A DNA stretch of 64,000 bases from Yuukianura sp. NJ FZ-2021 (lineage: Eukaryota), in assembly GCA_046563655.1 (NCBI GenBank), contig CM102285.1:14446001-14510000 (forward strand), written 5' to 3'. Numbering within the stretch: position 1 is the stretch's first letter; each line of letters opens with the position of its first letter. The notes under the pieces are model-generated. The model saw only the letters and a list, made by a program, of their open reading frames with translations, was not told where the DNA came from and did no database searches. Positions 49,101-61,100 of the stretch are shown here, one piece after another. The position numbers were made by a program, and so were the translations under genes.

Positions 49101-52100
49101 GGAACAGAGGCTGTTCCGTTTCTTGGAACTGGAACCTTCCCACTATTACCCGTCATGGGTCAGCCAGCACTCAGGTTGACCCGTCATGGGTCAAATATGT
49201 TTCAGAATGAGTTATGGGTCAACTTACTCCTGTCCCTGACAATGAAGTAGTGGATGCTGTGATCAGTATCTGGATCTCTCGCTTGGAGTGTGAAGACGGG
49301 CGTGTTGGGCAGGGCATTCAATTGAACAACAGCCTGCATCGGAATTGGACGATTGATGAAGTATGGTGGCTCATCGTTCACATCTAAAGTCAAAACACAA
49401 TTAATTCCATTATTCCATTCCTATTATTCTCAATTAATAAGTTATTTTATATTAATATATTATCTCACCTTTCACGTAAATTATCACTCGCTGATTGTCC
49501 GTATCTGCAACAATGAAAACAACAATTTAGCAATAATTCAAAAGTAAAAATTTATTTAAAAATTATGTATTTTCCCACCCCACCCCCTCTTTTCTTCTCC
49601 TAATTGAAACTTTCCATAAAAAACGCCCCACCCTCAATCATCTTTCCAAAAATTCTTTCAATTCATTCCAAAAATCAATTTTCTCCAATTTGAATTTTCT
49701 TTTGAAAAAGTACAGTTTCCAATTTCACAAAAGTTAATTTTTCAAAAAAGAAAAGAAAAGCAACTTACATTTGACTCCTGTGACGAATCGAGATTTCCCA
49801 AGAGAAACACATGAAAGGAACAAGGAAAAAGAAGAAAGTTACCAAAACAGTTTTTCCTGTGTTTTTCAAATTCAAAACAGTTTTTGAGCTCAACAAATTT
49901 TGTAGACAGCACAGAGAAGCAAGACGCAAAAACAACAATTTGTTTGCTAATCATTACAATTCGCAGGAACAAAAACAATCATGCAACAAAGTCAACCCAA
50001 ATTCAAAATGTGGCATAAACATAAAATTTCATAAAATCAAAAAGTTCCCCAAAAAAACTTCTTTTTTTTTGAAAAGTCCCCCTCCCCTTCCCTTTGGTGA
50101 ACTTGACATTAATCAATACCCAGAAAGCCCATCCACCATTAATTCCCTTCCCAAAAACCCTTAAGCTTCTCCTGTCAGTCCCTGAATAATTGACGCCCTT
50201 AAGTCAATGTCTCAGTCACTGCCAAAGTCCGCCCTCCCTACCTTACCCCTCCCTCCATATTTCCGATTTCAGATTTATGAAGATCCCAAAATTTCAGATT
50301 TCAGATTTATGAATATTCCAAAATTTCAGATTTCATATTTATGAAGATTCCAAAATTACAGTTAATCAATTCCTATAATGTCAGAGTTATCCATTGTCCA
50401 AAATTTCACATTTTTCGAATTCATAAAATTTCAGAACTGACGTCAGATTCTACCAACCGTTCCCACAACTCGGAATTTAAAATCTCTCAGCGTACAGAAT
50501 TTCATATTCAAATCCTTTAAAATTCGAAAATCCGATGTTCACCATCATCACACCTGTTTTCGCCCAACTTCAGAATTCATCAAAATTTCGGAAAAGTTAA
50601 AAACGTACTAAAAAGTAAAATTAAAATTGTCTTGCAAAAAAAATCTGTATTAGTCATAATTTATATAAACCAAGCATTCTTCTCCAAAGTTATGATTACA
50701 CAGGGGGGAAAAGAGAAAAAAGAAAGTCATGAGCACCGAAGTTACAGAGCGGGAAAAAAAATCGAAGTTAGAGGTGGTGGTGGTCGTAGTTGCTAATGGG
50801 AGCATCCAACTTTCACTTTTGGACTTTCTCCTCCCCCATCCCCCTACAAAGCATAACCTACTCTATACTAAGAATCCCCCTTCCACAACTTCTCACAACC
50901 AAGCACCTCTTATCGATTTCCCTTCACCAAAACAAGGAAGAGCCTCACTTTCTCCAAACACAAAAGGCACCGCTGTTCCCCTCATGAACTCAACAAAGTG
51001 CATTCCCCTTAAGCCGCTTTCAGGTTCCAGAAGAGTCCAAAGTCCCATCGACCCACCAAAAACTCTCCCCTCGGTGGGGCACAGCCCCACCACCACAAAA
51101 TTAATCAACAAAACATGAGCCATATGATCATCTTCCCACCAACAGCATCCAAACCACATGAAATGATTAACCACTGCAGCAGTAGCAGTTGGTGCTTAAT
51201 TCAGCTAACCCTAACTTAATCCTAATCCTAACCTAATCTTAAGCCTAACCCGCTGACCCCTCACCCCAAAAATTCAATATTCGCGTTTTTGCAACCTAAA
51301 ACATTCAATTTCTAAACAAAACTTTTTTATTGCATGGTCAAGAACAATCAATTTCTGAACCAAAACGCTCCATTTTTGTGGCACTGTGCCAAAAATCCAT
51401 ACACAACAAATCAAAAATCTCAAAATAGAAAATTTTACGTGTGTTTTCACATTTTAGCTCCAACCATTTTCTGTAATCCCACACTAAATCTTTTCAGGCT
51501 CAACTTTTCAAAAAAAGCGGGTAACCACCCTGGTAGCGGCAACTGGCAAGTCAATTTTGAAAAATTCTTTTGAAAAGGATTCTGTTCAAACAGAAGTTCA
51601 AACAAAAATCGACCCTCATCCCAAAGTCACCTAAGCCAACAACTGCAACAATCTAAACAAAAAGAATCGATTTTTTGGTAGCCATTTGGGGTTCGGATTT
51701 CCTGTTCTCTGTTCACAAATTCAACAATGGAGGCCTAATTCTTGTGCCAGATCCAAAAAGAACCAACTTAGCACGCGATCGATCCATATAAAATTTCAAC
51801 CCCACTTCAATTCAAGTTTCCCGCGTTAATCCACATACGACGTCATCATCAACCGAGGGGGGGGGGGTTTAGGCTGGATCTCCCCCTCTCGAAAATACAT
51901 TGTCGAAATGGTAAAATCAAAATTTCTTCGTTCTTTCATACCCCCCTCCCCCATAAATTCGAGTTTTTACTCCCCCCCCCCACACACCCCCCATTTGGTG
52001 ATGACATAAAATATGGACAGACCATCCCCTGCTGTCGCTATGCTAAAACCAGAAGACAGGTGACAAGAAACAACCGTCTGAGCCTAACAAATTACCCGGA

Positions 52101-55100
52101 TTCAACCAAAGAGAGAGTAAAAAAGTCTCTCAGCACTTCTGCAAAAAAAGTAAAACATTACACTTTTTTTTTGTTAGAAAAAACACTTTACAGAAATGAA
52201 AAAATTCGAAACATTTTTCTTTCCAAATTTCGAAAAAAGCTTCCTTCCAGAATAAGTTCATTTTGAATTTGAGATATTGGATCTGTCACTTGTGAAACGA
52301 AATGATTCACACACGAAGGGTGGGTGGTTTCCTCCAAAAATCAATCAAACCCCCACAAACTTTCCCAATTTCCAAAATTTCACAAGTTTTGTTTGAGCAC
52401 GGGCAGCTTCATTCTGATTGGTCCGTCGACTGCCCACACATGAACTCTGATTGGTCCATGAGTCCATCTGGACTCAATCAACGCTGGACACGACTCTCCA
52501 ACTTCCACAAAACTTTGAGCTGAATACAAACTAATCTCAAAAATTCAACAAAAACGTTTTTTCTTGTGGTTGGACACAACCAAAGAAAAAAGTCTCTTGA
52601 GATCTCACACGCACAAAAAAGACACACAATTTCCGCCTCCAGTGTCAACTTTTGTCCAAATCCAATTTCTCTTCTGTCTTTTTTTCTCAAATGTAAAAAG
52701 TTTAACACAATTGTGATTTTTGGATCAATTCAAAAATCCAGTTTAGGTTTTGACCAAACTGGCAACAAGCCATAAATGGTCCATTTTCAATTGGAAAATG
52801 TGCGTTGAAAACCTTGTTTTTGTTTAGAGTTGTTACAAAAAGTGCAATAAATCAGAGTGTGTTAAGTGGTCCATGCACTTGACCTTGAGACACTTCTAAA
52901 GAAGGTCATTAACCTGGTAGTGACACTTTGCACTCACATCATAAATCAGACTGCTCATTCACACCTTCACTAAATCACCACAAAAAAACATAAAACACTT
53001 ACAAAAAATACGGATACATACAAAAACACACACAAACTACGTAAAACATACTATACACACACAAAAACACTGAAAACGCATAATTCTTCATTAACTTTTT
53101 TCTGTGTCACATGATATGATAATGACAATGCACGCTCCAAATTTTTCAAAAAATACAGCGTGGTCATTCACAAATTACGTCACCAGTCGCCAAAAAACTT
53201 TTCAGCATTACTTGAAATGTGCTGGACACCCACTGCGAATGTGCTGGCAGTACATTCAAGCACATCGCCTTTCGCTTTTCCAACTTGTACCTTAACAACT
53301 GTCAATGTCACCTCCATTTTTGAACAAAACCCAAATTTAGCGTGACTCATGGGCCTAATTTAAAAAAAAATGTTAAAAAGCGACAATTGACAATGACAAT
53401 TGTTCATTGCTCATCAACTTCATTCAATTTCTTCCAAGAACGCAACAGCATCTCTGACTTTACTTTGAATCTGAGTCAGCCAGCAGCGATTTCAAACCGT
53501 TTGAACCGCAGATTCCGACTATTTCAGAGATTTAGTGCGCCTAAAATGACTTTGCACTTATCATTTCTTTTCAAATTCAAACGCAATCAGATCACCACAA
53601 AACTATTCGAGTCGAATCACACCTTTCAAATTCTAAAAAAAATTCAAAAAAAATCTCATTCTTCAAAACCAATTCGCTTCATGTCAACCAATCAAATGCT
53701 GCTCTCCGCAATGAAAAAAAATTTCAAACGTTTCCAGCAGACCCTCACTTTACAAATTGAAAAAAAGAAGATATTCATCACAATAAAAGAAAGTACAAAT
53801 CTGTTTTCTTTTGGCCAACAAGGTTTGGGCCCTTCAAGGGCCCCCCTTTAGCATCATCAGGTCTCTTACATTTTACAACACAAAAATCTAAGAATAAGCT
53901 AGGTTACATTTATCCATATCCCTCACTTAAAAAAGGAGCCCTTAAGGGCCTTCTCCCTTTACAAATTGCATCCACTTTGTAATTCTTCATCAAATCATCC
54001 CTTCAGCATCTAATCCTCGTCTTCAGCAGAATTGTTAAGGAACTCCTAAGCACAGGGTTGATGTGGGCCCTTCAACTCTCCTTATTTTCAATCACCAGCA
54101 GAATACTGGAAGTACTGCCAGTATTCTGCGCAACAATGCTTCCTCACTGACTCTCTTTCCTAAAATAGCTTTCCAAAAAATCGCAACCTCATCTTTTACT
54201 CTTTGTTCCAAAAAGTCGGAAAAGTCTATGATTTCCAGATATGGAAATGAAGGTGCCCTTAATCGGAGTGATGGATGACTTTTCCAATTGGGCAATAACT
54301 CATACGGTACCCTTCAGAGGGGGTACTTCACAAAAAACGAAGGGGGTAGATGGTGCAGTGCGCTCTTTTCCAAAAATCTACACGCACTTTTCAAAATCCA
54401 TACGCTCTGTTCAAAATTTCTGTTTAGTCCATCTGTGTACCCTTAAGTCCCCCTTCCAGCAGGCCGTTAACGTCCCAGGCCCAGAAGAGACAGCGTCTGT
54501 CCAACTTCCCATCACTCTTGTTCATCTCCAGAATAGAAATGGAGGGCCCTTGTGCCTCTGTGAGGAGGGGTACTTAAAGGGGCCTGTTTCTGTCCACAAT
54601 GGAATTGGAAAACAATGGACCTGACGCTACTACCTGTCCAAAGTCACTCAACCATCAACTATACGTGTTCATTGTCTCATAGTGCATAGAATAATCAAAA
54701 TTCAAAATCTCCCGGGCATTTCCTGGAACTTAAATTCTGGAAGATCGTTGTTCTTTACAGTATCATTCTCCTCCCCCTCTGTGACGCATCATTATGCATG
54801 TACCTAACTACATGACATATGAAACAAAAGACACTTCATGTCAAAGGTCACGCAGGAAAAAAAATTACGTCAGGTGTCAAAGGTCATATGGAACCGGTAT
54901 CTACGAAAACAAAGTTTTTGAATTGTAAAGTTTTGAAACCGTTCAAAAAATTTCTTATTTGACAAATTCCAATTTAACCAGAAATGCATCCCTAGTTACA
55001 AATTTTATTCGACTGCCTAAATCTTTAATTTAAATTTCTTATTTCCGTTTAAATTTGCAAATTTAAAAACCAACGAAACAAAAAATATGTTCAAAAAGTA

Positions 55101-58100
55101 AAATTTCTGTTCACTCAAATTTGGAAAAAAAGTTACACTTTGTTCATGCTTTCATGATTGCTTACACTATTTAATTTATCGTTTAAGCCAACTCTTGCAA
55201 AAAAAAATTGCAACTTTGCTAATTTCGAAATGTGTTTACAAATTGACAAGTTGTCTTGCCCTGAGGCGGGGGTTGGGCAACTAATTTAAAATTCAGCTTG
55301 TTGCAAAGTGCAACTCGAAGCAAAAGAAGAAAAAAAACTTGAACATTATTTCCTGTGAGGTGACAATTTCTACATAGAGGAATTGCTGGTTTTGACACTT
55401 TGAAGTTGAAAATTTCAACGTAACAAACATTTGTGTAATGTTTATTTCCTATTCTCTCCTTGTTAAAACGTTATGTAATGTTCTTACAAATGGAAATGAC
55501 TGCAGATGGAAGTTGATACGAGGTCATTGAGAGTGTCAGTTCGTTGCAGGGTCACTCCAAGACATCAACTAAACTTCACTTTTTAGTCAATAAATTTAAC
55601 ATGGAACGCATCTTCTTCCTTTTAGCTCTCTCTCCACTCCTACTTTTTCCAGCTCACGTTCAATCCAAAATAGAACCAACCAAATTCCAACACAACAAGG
55701 TCTACGCCCTGGAAAATCAACACACTGGCAAGGTACATTTCAACACTTTCAAAAAAATCAAAAATTTCATTTTCAATTTTGAAAAAAATCATTTCTTCAA
55801 CTTTTTTAACTTCCAGTACTTGACAGCAGGCGTAAATGGCGAATATTTGCGAACGGGAGATCATGGAACTCCTAGCAAAGATCAGTTATGGAAATTTATC
55901 AAGACAAAAGAATTCAAAACTGGTAGGAAAAAATTTCGAAAATTTTTTCGAAAAAGTTGCAAAAGTGCAAATTTTGTAAAACAGGAAAAGAAGGTTGGCA
56001 GTTGATGCCGGTCAACGGAAGTCCGGCTCAGCCAACAGTGTGGAACGAAAACTACGCAGGACACGGAAAATTTCGGTTCAAAAGTATCCAAACCGGGAAT
56101 TGTTTAGAAGCATCAGAGTAAGAAATTTCGAAATTTAAATTTTTTGAAATTTTCAAAAATTTAAAGAAATATTCAAATTCTAGACGTGGAGTGGAAGTCC
56201 GTTGCGTTTCGGATGATCTTTTCATGAAATGGTATCCACATCCTCAGGCAGAACAAAAAAACTAATAAGAAATTATTCTCTCTCTGGACAAGTCACGCAT
56301 CATCCCAAAAATATAATTTTTTATATCAAAAAAGCATAAAAAACGAAAATAAAATATACATATTATGCATGTAGAGAGACATGACCAAAACATATCCATT
56401 TTCCGATGCAAAAAACCCCCCATGGTTTTACCCCATTACGGAACTCCTTATAATTTCCTCAAAATTTAACATTTTAACATCTTCATTTTTCCCCACTAAT
56501 TTTATAAATTAAAAAAGACAATTCATTTCTACCATCCAAACCTTCCATTACAGTCATAAATTCACAAGAAAAAAAAATTAATTTCTCAACTCTGCCACCA
56601 TAATTTTTTAAATAAACTTAAAAAAAAAAATTTTTTTTTTGTTTCACTTCGCCCCCCATAAAGTTTTTCTATCATTGTAAAGTGTCTAAAATCAGCAGAA
56701 TGACAACGGGAGTTCTTCCAGAACAAAAAAAAAACTTTAAGATGAACATGGAAATGATATTAACCACTTCCACTTTTCCAAATTTTCTTCTTCTCCCCCT
56801 AACCCCATACCAGTTTCAACCACTACTCTCAGCACAGTATATTTTAAACTTAGGCAGCATATATTGCCAGCATATAACAATATATTGGCAGCACATCAAC
56901 ATATACTCTGAGCATATACAAGAATATACCAAGTACATTTTCAAATGAACTTTGAAACTCTGCCATAAATTATTCATTCTCCGAACGTACTTCTCATGTT
57001 TCACTTTCATAGGCCAACTTTCTACTTCGCAGCATTTCATTTTCACTTAAACCTTAAACCTAACTGAAATCTTATCTTTAGCACAACTGTCCATTTTGAT
57101 TAGCCAATCACAACGCTCCGTCCGTCCATCACCTCCAATCAGAAGTCATTAAATTAGTCACAGAACACTGGAAATTCCAGACTCCGTGAAATTCATGACA
57201 CATTTCAGGATCAGTCAGAGAACAGTCTGCGACAATCGCTCAAAAAGCTGCTCCGTGCAACTGGAACTGAAACACCGAACTAATTTTACTAATTGACAAA
57301 ACTTGTTCTGTTTAGTTTTCCGGTTCCCACAAAAAAATTATTTGGTCCAATAAAATTTCAGACTCTGATGAACAATCCGACAAGCGAACTGAAGTTCTAT
57401 CAGAATTTTCCCAAATCCGGGTCTTTTCAAATTTTACCCGGCGTCAAACTCTACCAATTTCCTGCCTCTTTTTGCTTCGTCGTCGTACCAAATGAATTGT
57501 TCATCTTTTCTTACAAGTAAAAATTGTTCAAAAAACCTTCTTTTTGAATTTTTTCTTGTAATCCAGCACTAACTCCGGGAGAATAAGAGGAAGAGGAATA
57601 AGGTAATTGGCCAATAATCAGAGGGTTTCTCACATCTTCCAAATGCCCATCATTATCCATCCTCATGGATCCAATCCAACGCTAACCAACAGCCCATGTG
57701 TAAAACAACAATGGAAATTATACAAAACCAAAACCACCAAGGATTTCCACTTCTTGTAAAAAAAAACAAGAAAAAGAAAAACGAAACAACAATCGTAAAT
57801 GCTTCAATACATCAAAACTACAAAACGATTTTTTACTCACTTCTAAACGATTTTCCATCAGAAAAATTGAACTGGACAATCGAAAAAACAAACAAGAAAA
57901 AACTCAAATCAAGACTAATTTCACACAAAACTAAACTTTTGCTCTCCACTCTTTCCAAGTTGAACCTAAAACTTTCAACTTTTTATGATTCCATGAAAAT
58001 TTGAAAATTAAAATTTCAAAATTTCATAATTTTTTTTTGTTGACCGACACATCAAGGGCCCAACCCCTAATCAAATCTGAAGTCTCCTCATTATAAACCA

Positions 58101-61100
58101 TACGAAACCAAGAGGAAATAAAAAACATGTCACGACTAGAAGGAGCGTCTCTCGGAAATGGAAATGTTCAAGCATCTTAAAAAATCATCTTCATCCGTCC
58201 GTCTTCGGCTCCTTAACTTTTTCGAAATTTCATTTTTTCGAAACCAGTCAAGCACAAAACCGCTTTTCCCATTTTCGAAATTGCACACAGCACAATTGGA
58301 AGAAGACTCCTGTCGTGTTGTCGGCTGCATTCAACCAAAAACTCATCAAAATTTAGAAAAGAACCGTCGTCACTTACGGCGCATCAAATCAACAGTTTTA
58401 AATTTTACATTTTTAAAAGGCGGAACTGAATCTAAATCCGTAAATCCAAAAATTAACAATGGACTTGTGCCTAAATGCTAAATTTTTGGCACTTCCCAGA
58501 GGCAGACCCGCCATTGTTCAATTTTACTTAATTCCAAAGTTCTTGTTCAAAATTTTGAAAAAACGATGAGCATGATGTTTTTAGGTTATAAAACTGTTGA
58601 GTAATAAAGTTTTAGATTTATGAGGTCCTTAATTTAAAGTAGAAGATGTACCAGGGAGGAGCCTTCCAAGTACTCATTTTGGCCACATGACAAGAAAAAA
58701 TTCACTCAAACTTTTATTCTCTTGTCTTTTCAAAAAATTCCATGAGGGGGGAACGTCACCATAATTAATTAAAAATAAAATAAAACTTTCAAAATTCAAC
58801 ATTCAACTGCAAAAATAAACTCAACTTCTTCATATTTCAAACCCTCCTAACTGAAGAAATCTTCACACAATTCTGTTTTTAATTTTCGATTTATCTGAAG
58901 GCGCCAAAAACATGCGAAATCTCTCTCCTCTTCACCCATCATGAATTTTATAAAAATTTTGAAAATTCAAAAAAGATTTAAAACTTTTTTCCCCGCCAAA
59001 AGATCTGCCAGATCTCAGTTCAAAATGGTTGCCAAATGAAGACATTCCGGTTCAAAATTTTGAAGTTTGAAACACGCACTCAACTAAATTGGATCTTTCG
59101 TGAACTTCGAGAACAAAAGATGGCCTGTTTCCTTCAACGCAAAAACAACATTAGACTCAGACACAAAACCTGTCAAAGTCTTTTGACTTCAAGTGGCATC
59201 TTGTGAAGAGCCCTTCAAGTCCCCCCACATCACAAAATCCTCAAGAAGATGAGACACATCTCTCACATCTTCAAAGTCCTCAAATCGACTTAAGCTTCAC
59301 AAAACAATACAAATTAGGCAGATTTCATCTTTCCGCTTTCAGGTTTCAAGAAACAGCTTCTCGAATTCTTCTTCAAAAATTCTTTTAAATTCTTTTCAAA
59401 AATTCTATTTTAAAATTCCTTCACCTAAACGCCCCTCCATACCGCTACTGTCGAATCGTGCTAAAAGCCTAAAACTTTTAAGCTCGGCGTTGAAACATTT
59501 ACTCATTTCAGTTCAAATTTGAACTTCAAATTCCTGTTCCAGTAATTTCGGCTCCAAAATTCAAAAAACCATACGCATCTTAAACCTTTTAAAAAAAACT
59601 TTCGTCTCCCACGACACACATCCATCTCACTAATCATTCAACTTTCCATTAAAATTCACCAGAAACTTTACAAAAAATGGTTCCCACGACTGTCCCTTAG
59701 CCTCTAAACGCTTTAAGATTCTAAGGGTCCTGGGCCCTGCAAAGTCCAAAGTGTTTGTAACGGTTAACTTTTTTTTGTATAGCCTAACATTTTGAAGCCT
59801 GTTCCTTAGTAACCACACACCATTTGGTTACGCATCTTCCAAGGAATCCGTGGAGAACACGCTCTTTTAATTTCCTTCAACCAACTGAACATCTCTCGTA
59901 ATTTTATCCCTCACTGGCTCCTCGTTCCACACAAAAAGTTAAAACAAAAAACATCTTTTTCGAAATTTTTTTCAAGTCCCCTCACAGCTTCCTTTGACTT
60001 TCAGACTAAACAAAACCCTTCAAGTCCCCTCTCACACCCTTAGAAAATCCAAAGACTTCGCCTCGCATGCTCATGATTGACGACCAAAATCAACCGGAGA
60101 GAAAATTTTAGTATTTCAGAATTTGAGTAGCTCCATTTGGCAAAAAAACAATTTTTGAAAAAAAAAACTTCCGCTTTTCCACCTTTCAAAAAACTTTCAA
60201 ACTTTCAAAAATTTACAATGTATATCCAATAGTTTATTCGATAATTTCAACAATGAAGGGCCCCATCGTCACAGAGAAAAACTGTTTCACTTTTCTGCTA
60301 CACCGAATCTGTTCAAACAGAAATAATTTCTCTTTTCAAAAATCATTTTGAAAAGCTAAATTTTGAAAAAAACATTTTCAAAAACTTTTCAAACAGTTTT
60401 TGAAAGAAATTCAATGAAACGGAAAACGATGGACGATGAAGAAGCTCCTGGGGAGGCGTGGCACCCTTAGCACAGCGTCCCTTGGCTATCCCCAGGGGGA
60501 CCCTTAGGTGCTGTCTCAAAAGAAATTCCCAACGGTCAATTTCTCCTTGCGTTGTTCAGAACAGGTGAAACTGAGCTTAACAATTGGATTTGAAGGTTCC
60601 CAGTTGAAATACGATTATGATTATTGCCAGGGACATGAGGGGTGGGGTACTTCAAGGGACCCTAAAATTTACTTTCATTTCTTCCAAACTTTACAAACTA
60701 CAAACAACAAAGTGTCCCTTTCCATCCGCACCCTTTTCCTTAACATTTTCTTGACATTTTTCAAAATTTTGAAAAAGGGCCCTGCCCAAAATTTCAAGGG
60801 ATCGTCCAAGTCCCTGTCACTCGCCCACACTTAAACACCGTCCCTGCTGCGTCTGTTATTCTTAGGGGGCCCTTAATCCTTAAACTTTAGACCAATTAAA
60901 GCCTTACCAAAAAACTATTGAAACCGAGTGGTAAAGTCTCAAAATTTTGAATTTTTTCCATTTTGAAAGTTTTCCTATCATGAGAACTAAAATTTCAAAG
61001 AATTCCTAATTTTTTTTTCATCCAAAATTCGAAAAAAAAGAAGATCCTACCTTGTTAAGGGCCCCCCTCTCAAATTCTTGTCTCAGAAAACCTATTGTTG

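Noticed and set aside
25176..49504. Duplicated exons as a tandem second cadherin gene or an assembly artefact
   Set aside because: The duplicates are diverged, phase-matched and located at the three positions known for mutually exclusive exons in arthropod N-cadherin.
51206..51250. TTAGG/CCTAA-like runs as interstitial telomere (also about 39017-39062 and 46956-47010)
   Set aside because: Too short and degenerate.
53990..54624. Second nested + strand gene, or a selenoprotein read through the TGA at 54276-54278, with a 12-bp hairpin at 54098-54129
   Set aside because: No consistent exon chain, recognisable motif or SECIS-like element; it could be a decayed gene but cannot be supported.
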